Notes under the pieces: generated by a model
Databases searched by the model: none
Seen by the model: the letters and a program-made list of their open reading frames with translations, nothing else
Told to the model about the DNA's origin: nothing
Made by a program: the position numbers and the translations under genes
Source of the DNA: a virus
Taxonomy: Duplodnaviria > Heunggongvirae > Uroviricota > Caudoviricetes > Demerecviridae
Length of the DNA: 64,000 nucleotides
Reading direction: 5' to 3' (one strand)
Virus record (IMG/VR): IMGVR_UViG_2974604416_000001
Span: 1-64,000 of that record
In this document: positions 51,609 through 60,690 of the stretch, piece after piece
Layout of the letters: every line of letters begins with the position of its first letter
Numbering within the stretch: position 1 is the first letter of the stretch

Positions 51609-53609
51609 ATGTTAAAATAGGGTTCACTTCAAAAGAGTAATGGCCGCCTTGAGCAGTGGGATGATTCCAAGCTGATTAAGGCAGTTAATAAAGCTGCGGC
51701 AAGGGCTGGGGAGACTATTGACTTCGATAAGCTAATTCCGCTGGTAAATAAGAGCACTTCTGTTAGTGAGTTGTACCATAAACTGATGGTTGCCTTGCAG
51801 CTATTGGGATATGAAAAAACCGCAGAAAGCTACTCGCAGTACCGCTCCTACAAGAAGGAGTTTGGTGGACTGCTAATGGAAGTCTGGGAAAAGACACAGA
51901 AAGCACTGGCATATGGGGACAAGAGCAATGCGAACGTTGATTCGCTAATTATCAGCTCTAAGCAGTCCTTGGTGCGTGGGTACGTGAGTAAGGAGCTGTA
52001 TAAGCACAACTTCCTGACCGTAGATGAACAAGAAGCCATTCAGGACGGGTATATTTACATTCACGACCTAGACCAGTTGCTTTACCCGCAAATTAATTGC
52101 TGCTTGTTCGACATAGGCGCTGTAATGCGTGGTGGCTTTGAAATGGCCAATACGAAGTACACAGAACCTCAGTCACTGAGGACTGCCCTACAGCTTATCT
52201 CGGATATTATCCTGTGTGCTAGCTCACAGCAGTTTGGTGGATTTACTGTGCCGGAGCTGGATAAAATACTAGTTCCGTACTACGAAAGGTCTCTGGACAA
52301 GCACTTAGTTGATGCCTATACCTGGAACATCCAAGACGCCTACTCCTATGCAGTAGAGAAAACTGAGGACGAATTAAAGCAAGGTTTGCAGGCTCTTAGC
52401 TTGAAAACTAACACAATCCCGTCCTCTCGTGGTGACTTCGCGTTTACTACAGTAACTTTTGGGTTGCTTGACGACCCAGAAACTGCGGGAACTCAAAAGA
52501 ATATTGCCAAGGCCATCCTCAGAGACAGAATGTCTTATGATACTCCACCTGTTTTCCCTAAGCTGGTGTATCTATACAACGAAGAGACTGACCAAGAAGA
52601 TTTGTTTGACCTAGCTATTGAGTGTTCGTGCCGATGCCTATATCCTGACTTCCTAAGCTTGAGTGGTGAAGGTTATGTACCGGATATGTACCGTAAGCAT
52701 GGTAAAGCTATCAGCCCAATGGGTTGTCGTGCTTTCCTATCCGAAGGTTGTGGTAGCTTTGTTGGTCGCGCTAATATCGGTGCAGTATCACTTAACTTGC
52801 CGATGATTTACATGAAAGAAGGGGATTTCTGGGAGAACCTTCGTTTCTACATGGAAATGATTAGAACTCTTCACAAGAAGCGCTATGAGTACCTGGCCAA
52901 GGCCCCCTGTTCCACAAACCCGCTGGCATTCACTCAAGGTGGTTTGATGGGTGGCACAAAGCAGCCAGACGAACCTATTGGTGACATTGTGAAAAATTTC
53001 ACAGCGAGCTTTGGTATCACAGCTCTCAACGAACTAAATATGTTGAAAGAAGGGAAACCTCTACACGAATCAGAGGGCAGCTTTGTTAATGAGGTGCTAG
53101 GTTTTATCAATAATCTAATTACCGAGTACAAAGAAGCAGATGAAAATCTCTACGCGCTGTATGCTACCCCAGCTGAGAGCTTGTGTGGGACTCAAGTACA
53201 ACAGTTTAGGAACAAGTATGGTATTATTGCTGGGGTTTCTGATAGAGAGTACTTTTCTAATAGTTTCCACATGCACGTATCTGCTGAAATCAGTCCGTTC
53301 CGTAAGCAGGATTTAGAGTACCAGTTCTTCCACCAAGTAACGGGTGGCCGGATTCAATATACTCGTCTAGACACGGATAAGCCAAACGTTGTTAAAGGGG
53401 TTATCCTACGTGGCATGATGCTAGGATTCTATTCCGGTGTAAATGGAAACAAGTGCTTCTGCCAAGACTGCGCCCACAACGCTAATTACGAAATGCTAGA
53501 GTGTGACAAGTGTGGTAGCACTAACATTGCCCAAATTGACCGGGTATGTGGCTACCTGGGATTTACCAGAGTATCTGGGGACACACGCATGAATAAAGCA
53601 AAACTTTAG
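51609..53609 (+). CDS. nrdD: anaerobic ribonucleoside-triphosphate reductase (in-frame TAG at codon 4)
   Basis: ATP-cone N-terminus; glycyl-radical motif RVCGYLGF; C-terminal zinc ribbon CDKCGS; frame from the ATG at 51609 reads M-L-K-TAG-G-S-L-Q... then the 612-aa tracked ORF. Confidence 0.75.
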
Positions 53610-53635
53610 GAGATTAAAGATAGGAGAAGTATGTA

Positions 53636-53960
53636 ATGTTGTTATAGAAACAGCCAATCGGATATTTTGAGGATGGTATGATTACCATCCTATTATTTGC
53701 GGGAGAAGGTAGGCCCCCCAGGTCTTATGCTCCTTTATCTAGGGAGGAAGTCTAGAGACTACTTGAATTCCCTAAAACTACGTCATTGCATTTGTACAAC
53801 GTAACAGAGACAAACATAGAGGAGGTGATAGCCTTGCTTCGTTTTATAAAATCTCTTTACAACACACCCATTTTTTGTTATCATGATTATGAACTATCAG
53901 AGGGCTCTAGATTGACGTTGGATGCCCTAGCCAATAAGTTAATTATGACAGGAGCAATAA
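53636..53960 (+). CDS. hypothetical protein (TAG-containing)
   Basis: plus-strand frame MLL-TAG-KQPIGYFEDGMITILLFAGEG... ending in TGA at about 53958; lacks an NrdG-type cysteine cluster. Confidence 0.25.
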
Positions 53961-53961
53961 A

Positions 53962-54441
53962 ATGAAATCAATCGTACTTCTTTTAGGACTAATCTCAGCT
54001 TCAGCTTTTGCTAGCCCAGTAGGTTTAGTTTATTACCCACAACAGCAAGGTGTACAAGCAATCTATGACAACTTCTACGTCGGGTATGCTGGCAAGGGCC
54101 GTGATGACACCACAGTAATCGTAAAAGAAAACTATGGCGTCACACAAGACCAAACCTATATCTCTACTGAACGTGAGTGGTTTGACTACAATGTTCAAGT
54201 AGGTATGGTTGGGTATACAGATTATAAGGTGTACCCATTCGCAGGTCTTACCTATAGCAATGACCGTAGTAATGAGGTAATCACCATTGATTCCCAGCAC
54301 TACGCAACCTATGACCATAGTGACCACACTGTTGGGTTTGAAGCAGGTTTGCTTTACGAGTTCTACCCACACGCATTGGCGGGTTTGAAATTCTCCACCC
54401 AGTATGAGACGGTGCATTTCGGACTTGGGGTTAAGTTTTAA
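53962..54441 (+). CDS. Lom/Ail/OmpX-family outer membrane beta-barrel protein
   Basis: signal peptide MKSIVLLLGLISASAFA, alternating aromatic beta-strand pattern and C-terminal ...GVKF; strong RBS. Confidence 0.6.
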   Translation: MKSIVLLLGLISASAFASPVGLVYYPQQQGVQAIYDNFYVGYAGKGRDDTTVIVKENYGVTQDQTYISTEREWFDYNVQVGMVGYTDYKVYPFAGLTYSNDRSNEVITIDSQHYATYDHSDHTVGFEAGLLYEFYPHALAGLKFSTQYETVHFGLGVKF

Positions 54442-54444
54442 TCA

Positions 54445-54476
54445 AGGGAGCCTCAGGGCTCCCTTTGTTTTTGGAG
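54445..54476 (+). terminator. rho-independent terminator
   Basis: agggagcc-tca-gggctccct followed by ttgttttt. Confidence 0.6.
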
Positions 54477-54483
54477 AGAATAT

Positions 54484-56652
54484 ATGCCTATTTATGTTGG
54501 CAACACTGGGGCCTAGAAAATATTAGGTCTAACAAAAACCTCCCAGGATTAGTGGAACGTAAAGCCAGATACTATATTCCACTCCTCCCTGCCGTATGTA
54601 GAAGTAATCGAGCATTATATGCCTGTTGCGTATAAACACTAGGCTGCACCTTATGACTATTTAGTAAAAGATTATAACCCAGACTACTGGGGGACAGTAA
54701 CAGTATATGACTGGTTCAATTACTACAATTACGCACCAATAAATGGAAATAAATATCATAATATTCATTACTATGAATAGGTGCTTACCGATTAGGTAAA
54801 ATCATTCCTTAGGTACACAAATAATTAGTACATACTAATTTATCACTTGAGCAACGGTGCCCAAGTGATGATGCCATAGCATAATTCTGATATAAAGACC
54901 ACCCATAAAGGGGACTTGCAATACCTAGACTAGACAGAAGGTAACATATAGACCCCCAACTAGGGGTATAGGTCTAGAATGGATCAACTCAAAGCTATTG
55001 ATAGTCCGTGGGACTTAACTGGGTACCAAGACGTATATTGGTTTCAGTACGCCTTTGTACAGCCTTCTGCAAGCGGAGTTGTTACAACCACTAATGGTAT
55101 AGTAAGCACTCTTGATATCACTGTTACTGGTATTACTATCCTGCAGTTAGTAGGTCTTAACCTAGTCTAGGCAACTCCAGGAGCTAACCCGCTGTCTACG
55201 TAGCCACTGAACCCTTAGCAGCAAGGGGCCGTTCTTATATCAAGAGATTCCTTGAACATTTAGGGAGTTGAGTATAAGAACAAAAAGTTTCTGCAAGTGC
55301 TTACTAACCCCATTACTACTACAGGTAGTTAGGCTGTAAACGTCTCTACTTAGAACTTATAGGTTACAAATCTGTACGCCTCTTCTCCCAGCTTCCAATG
55401 GGGGACTAGACTAGACTATCTAGCTAAATATCGTGACGGGGGCTTCATGAACGTAGATATAACCTAGGGTTCTTCACAGTACACCTTAATAAACTATCCT
55501 CTGGGGCAGGAGTGGTACTCTAATGTCCCTGCTGTAGGTGCTTGGGGCGTGCTGCCAGGCAATAATATGACAACATATAGTGGGGCTGTGCCAGGGTACT
55601 GGCCTTATAGTTTTTATGGTGGTGCGTCAGTTGGGGTTAATTCTTGGAAAGGTAGTATTAGGAAACCCAAAGAGCTTATTTAGCAGTCTTGGTAGCACAC
55701 CTTTACTAGACTTAGCTAGACCGATACCTGGACTCTAGGTCAGTACTTTAACCAAGGGCTAGCAAATCGCCTTGGTTCTGAGGTTCAATACTTCTAGGGC
55801 GTGTAGATTACCTCTCTAAGTAAGTAGTAGGGTATTGCGTTTGATAGTTCACACCCTAGCATCAATTAGGGTGCCCAATATAAGATGTTCTCGCCAGATT
55901 CGCAAATGGTTGCAAGAATTGGTAAAACATACGCAGCAGCTATCCCACAAGATACCTTTAGCGGGTCACCCTACTATTCTGGGACACGGAATTTTCCGTA
56001 GTACGAAGATGATATTCTTGTATCAATAATTGATTTGGGGTAGGAAGAGCAGTAGACCAACAACTTCTTCCTAACATCCTACATTCAAGACCAAGATTTA
56101 ATTAACCTGTCCTATGCTAATACCTTGAGGTTTATTGTATCGGGTGGCGTTATCTCATACCAAGAGAATAACTTTAACCCAAGCTACAACATACCTAAGT
56201 AGTGCTTATTCTATAGATAGCCGTATGATGGGGTTGGTGGGCAATGGTACAAGTCTGTGCAAGCCAATAATGGTTCCCCTGTATAGTTTGGTTATCCAAA
56301 TTGGTACTACAGCAACTACGACTTACCTACAGATATGATAGGATTCCCTTTCCAATCAAACCATATACGTAATAGGTAGGTTTCTGTGGTAAGCTTGCCA
56401 GTAGGTGCACAATATATCTTGAAAGAAGAGCTGAATCCACAGTCAAGCTACGCGTGGAACGGGCCAGACCAAGTTAGGGGGGTACGAAGCTCTATCTAGT
56501 ATCTTCGTAGAATCTCATAGTCCAGAATTGAGGTGCGCCTCAACGTACATAAGACACAGTAGCACAGTAGGTTCTCTAATGGTGGGTATCTTGGTTTCGG
56601 TACTTTTGGGTCTAGCGTAGTTCAAAACTTCTAGATATGCCCTATACTGTAA
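54484..56652 (+). CDS. large Tyr/Gly/Asn-rich protein, 723 codons with about 50 in-frame TAG (fiber/OMP-like?)
   Basis: the frame from the ATG at 54484 to the TAA at 56650 contains no TAA or TGA but many TAG; the tracked 63-aa ORF 54979-55170 is an internal TAG-free piece of this same frame. Confidence 0.4.
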
Positions 56653-56730
56653 TTTTAAAACATTTTATTGATTTCCTCCGAACCGTTTATTTGCTATAAT
56701 TGTCTTATAAATTGGAACGGAGGAATAAAA

Positions 56731-56937
56731 ATGTTAGTTGGACTTGATAGTATCGTTGACATTACTGAGCTGCAGGTGGTTCCGAGCGAAGCACATCCAG
56801 AGTACATGGAATTGACCTATAAATACAAGATTGCCCACTATGGTGAAATGGATCAAACTTTCAGCACTGATCTGGGCGCGGCTATTACTAACCGTCTGCA
56901 AGTGTTCTTGCAGGAAGGCATTGAAAGCGAGGAATAA
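56731..56937 (+). CDS. hypothetical protein
   Basis: ATG with an AACGGAGGAAT RBS. Confidence 0.35.
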   Translation: MLVGLDSIVDITELQVVPSEAHPEYMELTYKYKIAHYGEMDQTFSTDLGAAITNRLQVFLQEGIESEE

Positions 56938-56939
56938 AA

Positions 56940-57209
56940 ATGGAACAAGATATTGAACAACTGAGTGTACCGGTAACTGTAGGCAAAAACAGCGTAGTAG
57001 TTATCGCCCCCAACTTTGACCGTTTGGAAGATGAGGGCATTATCGGTCTTGATTGTACCTTATATCTAAACGTACTGGGAAACGTGGAGCAAGATGAAGA
57101 TTCTGAACAATGCACTGAGGCTCTTTTGGAAGAAGCCTCCGCTTTCTTCCACAAAGCCCTTGAAGATTTCGCAGCATACGCTCTCTCTACACAGAAGCCC
57201 GAAGTCTAA
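56940..57209 (+). CDS. hypothetical acidic protein
   Basis: 89-aa ORF. Confidence 0.4.
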   Translation: MEQDIEQLSVPVTVGKNSVVVIAPNFDRLEDEGIIGLDCTLYLNVLGNVEQDEDSEQCTEALLEEASAFFHKALEDFAAYALSTQKPEV

Positions 57210-57229
57210 TATATTTGGTGAAACCCCAA

Positions 57230-57501
57230 GTTTCACCATTACAGACTACAGGTTTTTCGGCTGCCCCAAGTGCGGTGCAAAGCACCGATTTGGGCACTTA
57301 GCGGGGTATCGTGACTGCTATCGCTGTTGGTACGAGTTCAATCCCGAAACACATGACACTTGCAAACCTTTAAGATTGTATACAGAGTATTTGTATGAAC
57401 CTCTTCCAGAGGAATATGAAGCTCGGTACTACGAAATCAAGGCGCGAGCAAAGTGTTGGTATCCAAAAAACTGGAGGCCCGGATGGAAACCCACGTTGTA
57501 A
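57230..57501 (+). CDS. zinc-ribbon small protein, start unclear
   Basis: CPKCG...CYRC cluster; no clean ATG near the frame start. Confidence 0.25.
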
Positions 57502-57550
57502 TTGAGCTAACTTAGGATGAAGCAGATTCTCTTCTATGTAAGTTGCGATA

Positions 57551-57597
57551 AAATAAGTTTTGCATAACAGCCAATTATTTGAGATAATAATCACATA
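57551..57597 (+). repeat. 47-bp direct repeat copy 1 (contains promoter TTGCAT-17-GATAAT)
   Basis: identical to 58003-58049. Confidence 0.8.
57561..57589 (+). promoter_or_regulatory. sigma70-type promoter
   Basis: TTGCAT, 17 nt, GATAAT. Confidence 0.55.
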
Positions 57598-57616
57598 AAT
57601 TAATGAAGGAGCTTTT

Positions 57617-58003
57617 ATGCTTATCAAGCTAGTGATGGGTGATCCATCCAACGATGGTCACGGAATCTCGGAAACTGTGCTTTTATCCACAGAATATACT
57701 GCAAAGCAAATTCAGGGTTTTGTAGAATCCGCAGAACGTGCCTTGGGTCTCAAAATGGAGGATATTGCTCACGAATACGAAGAGCCCTACATCTCCGGTG
57801 AACATAGAGAAGCTCTTATGCTGGCTGGCGTAGTAGGCCCCGAGGACTTTGAAGCCTGGGACGGTAATTTCTGGGTAACATCGGAAGATTATCTGCATAT
57901 TTACCTTTCTCTTGCAGAAATGGGTAATGGAGGTAAGTCCGTTGGTGAAGTTCTGGAAGTAGAGCAGTTAGATATTGGTGGCTATGGGCTCTACCAACAT
58001 TAA
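57617..58003 (+). CDS. hypothetical protein
   Basis: 128-aa ORF with an AGGAG RBS; flanked by the 47-bp direct repeats. Confidence 0.45.
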   Translation: MLIKLVMGDPSNDGHGISETVLLSTEYTAKQIQGFVESAERALGLKMEDIAHEYEEPYISGEHREALMLAGVVGPEDFEAWDGNFWVTSEDYLHIYLSLAEMGNGGKSVGEVLEVEQLDIGGYGLYQH

Positions 58004-58049
58004 AATAAGTTTTGCATAACAGCCAATTATTTGAGATAATAATCACATG
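58003..58049 (+). repeat. 47-bp direct repeat copy 2 (promoter)
   Basis: identical to 57551-57597; -35 at 58012-58017 and -10 at 58035-58040. Confidence 0.8.
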
Positions 58050-58427
58050 AAATCGGGAACGTTAAGTTGCTTGTTTCATGAAGTGGCGTAACGCAGAGCG
58101 GTGCACCGACTCATACGTGTGACATAGCTTCCTTTAATTAGTGAAGCACCACGAGGGCAGACCAAGCTCCTCAGAAAACAATCTTGGAAATTCTAGTTAA
58201 GTCCACAGCGGAGTAGACAGTAACTAATATCTGCTAGAGGGTGCCGATCTTGTGTGTTGAAGGCTACTAGGGCTACCACACAATACTTACGCAATGCCAG
58301 CTTAGTAAGCGATTAGCTGTAAGTCCCTGACACTGGAAAACCATCGGAAAACTTCTGGGTTAGATACCAGACTGGAAGTGAGTTACATAGCCCGAGTGCT
58401 TCAGACTTCCACACTTTAAAATAAAAG

Positions 58428-58456
58428 TTGCTATTCACTCTGATTCTTGTTACAAT
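58428..58456 (+). promoter_or_regulatory. sigma70-type promoter
   Basis: TTGCTA, 17 nt, TACAAT. Confidence 0.5.
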
Positions 58457-58519
58457 ATTAGAATCAAAGAACGAAAAGAAACTTGGTTGGTGAGCAGTGA
58501 AAGCGTTGTAAAATACTTC

Positions 58520-58548
58520 TTGCCCAATACTGAAAAGTTTGTTATAAT
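58520..58548 (+). promoter_or_regulatory. sigma70-type promoter
   Basis: TTGCCC, 17 nt, TATAAT. Confidence 0.5.
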
Positions 58549-58759
58549 AATCGTACAAAATCAAAAAGGCGTTGGCTTCTCCTCGACGGGTGCCAAAAAA
58601 TTACCGCCCACAAATTAGTCGCCAAGAGAGTGACTATAGCTGGGAAGAAGCTGGAATCGTCAACCAGCACTCTGTTGGCGCAGAGTTAGTATATTGTAGG
58701 TCGGGGCCACGCCAAAGTGCAATTAGGCCCTAGGAGCTAACGACCTTTTTGATTTTAAT

Positions 58760-58848
58760 GGATGTTTTGAGCAGTATGGTGAGCTTCAGCGGGCTGTAAC
58801 CCCGTGGTCTCTAGGGGCCTGTAGGTTCGAATCCTACAACATCCACCA
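58760..58848 (+). tRNA. tRNA-Tyr(GUA), class II
   Basis: acceptor GGATGTT/AACATCC, anticodon loop CUGUAAC, T-arm GTAGGTTCGAATCCTAC, encoded CCA. Confidence 0.6.
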
Positions 58849-58854
58849 ATTTCT

Positions 58855-58940
58855 GGAGGTTTTGAGCAGTATGGTGAGCTCAGGTGGCTGTAACCCACTA
58901 ACTTCTACGTTTATAGGTTCGAATCCTATAACCTCCACCA
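58855..58940 (+). tRNA. tRNA-Tyr(GUA) second copy, class II
   Basis: acceptor GGAGGTT/AACCTCC, loop CUGUAAC, encoded CCA. Confidence 0.55.
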
Positions 58941-58945
58941 ATTTC

Positions 58946-59062
58946 TGGACTTGTAGCGACAACGGCTCGATAGGCGTACCCTGTGTGCGGAGTAATCTGT
59001 AATCACTATCAGGTAAAATCCCTATGGAGCGGTGACTGGTTGGAATCCAGTATAGTCCACCA
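58946..59062 (+). ncRNA. 117-nt tRNA-like element (T-arm + acceptor + CCA, no resolvable cloverleaf)
   Basis: 3' end ACTGG-TTGGAAT-CCAGT ATAGTCC A CCA and 5' GGACTTG; the interior does not fold as a standard D/anticodon arm. Confidence 0.3.
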
Positions 59063-59069
59063 ACTTAAT

Positions 59070-59144
59070 ATTGGCGTGTTCTAACGGTAAGATGCAGGTC
59101 TCCAAAACCTTGCGATGAGGGTTCGAATCCTTCCGCCTTTGCCA
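59070..59144 (+). tRNA. tRNA-Trp(CCA) with two U:U mismatches in the acceptor stem
   Basis: anticodon loop CUCCAAA identical to E. coli tRNA-Trp; discriminator G; CCA encoded. Confidence 0.5.
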
Positions 59145-59152
59145 ATTTTTAT

Positions 59153-59228
59153 AGACCGCTAACTTAATGGTTAGAGTACCCGCCTCTTAAGCGGAAGGTT
59201 CTGAGTTCGAGTCTCAGGCGGTCTACCA
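59153..59228 (+). tRNA. tRNA-Lys(CUU)
   Basis: acceptor AGACCGC/GCGGTCT; loop CUCUUAA. Confidence 0.55.
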
Positions 59229-59235
59229 ATTTAAT

Positions 59236-59309
59236 GCTCGGTTATTTTAACGGGAGAATCCTTCCCTTACAAGGAAGAGGAGTTGGTTCGATTCCAACAC
59301 CGAGTACCA
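59236..59309 (+). tRNA. tRNA-Val(UAC)
   Basis: anticodon stem CTTCC/GGAAG; loop CUUACAA. Confidence 0.6.
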
Positions 59310-59315
59310 GTTAGT

Positions 59316-59391
59316 TGAGACGTTGTGTAATTGGTTAGCACATGTGACTTTGACTCACATAGTTAGGGTTCGAGCCCCTACGTCTCTGCCA
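59316..59391 (+). tRNA. tRNA-Gln(UUG)
   Basis: anticodon stem TGTGA/TCACA; loop CUUUGAC; 1:72 U:U mismatch. Confidence 0.55.
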
Positions 59392-59397
59392 ATTTAA

Positions 59398-59472
59398 GGT
59401 CAGGTAGACTAAGTTAAGTCACTAGGGATCATGCACCTAGGAATGCTGGTTAAAGTCCAGTCATGACCACCA
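59398..59472 (+). tRNA. aberrant tRNA with a 9-nt anticodon loop (GAUCAUGCA; CAU core) and a TTAAAGT T-loop
   Basis: normal acceptor, D-stem GACT/AGTC and anticodon stem CTAGG/CCTAG, but the loop is 9 nt. Confidence 0.4.
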
Positions 59473-59477
59473 ATTTT

Positions 59478-59553
59478 GGATAGTAAGCACATGAGGATGT
59501 GCGGTAGGCCGTTAACCTACAGGTAGAAGGTTCGAATCCTTCACTATCCGCCA
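59478..59553 (+). tRNA. tRNA-Asn(GUU)-like (loop CCGUUAA, C33)
   Basis: acceptor GGATAGT/ACTATCC; anticodon stem GTAGG/CCTAC. Confidence 0.5.
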
Positions 59554-59558
59554 ATTTT

Positions 59559-59635
59559 GGGTTAGAAGCACATATGGTATGTGCGGTCGCCTGTTAAGCG
59601 AATGGTAGAAGGTTCGAATCCTTCCTGGCCCGCCA
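59559..59635 (+). tRNA. tRNA-Asn(GUU)
   Basis: loop CUGUUAA; paralog of the previous tRNA with a different acceptor stem. Confidence 0.55.
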
Positions 59636-59649
59636 AATTAAAATAAATA

Positions 59650-59678
59650 TTGCTATCAAGCCAATAACTTGATATAAT
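59650..59678 (+). promoter_or_regulatory. sigma70-type promoter
   Basis: TTGCTA, 17 nt, TATAAT. Confidence 0.55.
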
Positions 59679-59703
59679 ATTCACAGAAATTGAGGAAAAG
59701 CTA

Positions 59704-59883
59704 ATGAGCAAAGTTTGCAGGTTAGGTGAGAGTAAGGCTCTCAACGTGGCTAAGCGACGTAATCTACGTAAGAAGATGCGTGAGCTAATTAACCAGCACG
59801 TTCAGCCAGAAATGCAAGCAGAGTTTCACACGGCCTTCAATAAAGTATGTGAGGCTTACTGCCTAAGTTTAATGCGTCACTAA
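59704..59883 (+). CDS. small basic protein (59 aa)
   Basis: GAGGAAAAG RBS plus ATG; the 3' end overlaps the 5' acceptor strand of the next tRNA. Confidence 0.3.
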   Translation: MSKVCRLGESKALNVAKRRNLRKKMRELINQHVQPEMQAEFHTAFNKVCEAYCLSLMRH

Positions 59884-59951
59884 TTCAATTGGTTTAGAAT
59901 ATCCGGCTTTTAACCGGAAGGTTGTAGGTTCGAGTCCTACGTGGCGTACCA
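59874..59951 (+). tRNA. tRNA-Lys(UUU)
   Basis: anticodon stem TCCGG/CCGGA; loop CUUUUAA. Confidence 0.6.
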
Positions 59952-60007
59952 TTTAACAAACTGTGAAGGTAGTACAGGACTTAATGTCGGGAATCCTTCT
60001 GGTTTAT

Positions 60008-60082
60008 GCTCCTATCGACTAGCGGTTAGGTCACTACCCTTTCAAGGTAGTAACATGGGTTCGAATCCCATTAGGAGTACCA
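60008..60082 (+). tRNA. tRNA-Glu(UUC)
   Basis: anticodon stem CTACC/GGTAG; loop CUUUCAA. Confidence 0.6.
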
Positions 60083-60169
60083 AACTCTCCCTTGCAGTCT
60101 ACGGACGCTATGGGTTTTTGGAGCACGCAAGGCTCTGCCCAATGTAAAGTCGCCTTGCAACAATTCTAC

Positions 60170-60244
60170 GCTCTGTTAGTTTAATGGAAAGAACACTTCG
60201 CTACGGACGAAGAGATCTGGGTTCGATTCCTAGACGGAGTACCA
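60170..60244 (+). tRNA. tRNA-Arg(ACG)
   Basis: anticodon stem CTTCG/CGAAG; loop CUACGGA. Confidence 0.6.
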
Positions 60245-60549
60245 CTTTTGCCTTGGCCGGCAATAAGTCTAGCTAGTAGACTATAACAGCAAGCACGGTT
60301 ATGGGCCGTATAGCTCATGCGTCCAGCAACTCGACGTAAAATAGGAGCCCTCTTGTTGATTATTGGTATAATCATCCGGAAATAGCCTAACCGTTAGAAA
60401 GGCTGGCCTGTTCCCTCTGACAATGTCAGGTGGAAGTATCTCTTAGATGTCCAGAGCGGATCCCGTTGGGTTGATGCGTGTGTCGGTCTAATTCATACAA
60501 GCCATCAGGATTAGCCATCCATAGAGGGGTTTTTAAAGCGTTTTCTGGC
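60245..60549 (+). ncRNA. 305-nt non-coding spacer inside the tRNA operon (candidate structured RNA)
   Basis: no ORF, no tRNA fold; lies between tRNA-Arg and tRNA-His. Confidence 0.2.
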
Positions 60550-60626
60550 GTGGGCATAGGTTATGTCAGGTTAAACTCCACGTTGTGACCGTGGGAAAAT
60601 GGGTTCAAATCCCATTGCTCACCCCA
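60550..60626 (+). tRNA. tRNA-His(GUG)
   Basis: anticodon stem CCACG/CGTGG; loop UUGUGAC; discriminator C73; T-arm ATGGGTTCAAATCCCAT. Confidence 0.6.
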
Positions 60627-60647
60627 GAGAACGTTTTAAAATAATGA

Positions 60648-60676
60648 TTGCTGTCAAGTCAATAACTTGATATAAT
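60648..60676 (+). promoter_or_regulatory. sigma70-type promoter immediately upstream of the suppressor tRNA
   Basis: TTGCTG, 17 nt, TATAAT; near-identical to the 59650 promoter. Confidence 0.55.
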
Positions 60677-60690
60677 ATTTACATAAATTC

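Noticed and set aside
60083-60169. Possible extra tRNA or terminator in the 87-nt gap between tRNA-Glu and tRNA-Arg (inverted repeat gcaaggc...gccttgc)
   Set aside because: No T-loop, D-loop or U-run; likely just a processing hairpin.
60245-60626. Possible tmRNA (ssrA): a 380-nt ORF-free stretch ending in a tRNA-like T-arm GGGTTCAAATCCC plus ACCA
   Set aside because: The 3' part folds as a complete ordinary tRNA-His (GUG, C73) with its own 5' acceptor strand at 60550. No tag-peptide reading frame or pseudoknot pattern is recognisable upstream. It is kept only as an unexplained spacer.
57551-60680. CRISPR array or mobile element suggested by repeated 28-47 bp elements
   Set aside because: The repeats are sigma70 promoters (TTGC-17-TATAAT) at irregular spacing with gene-sized inserts. 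There are no short regular spacers, no cas genes, and no transposase or integrase.
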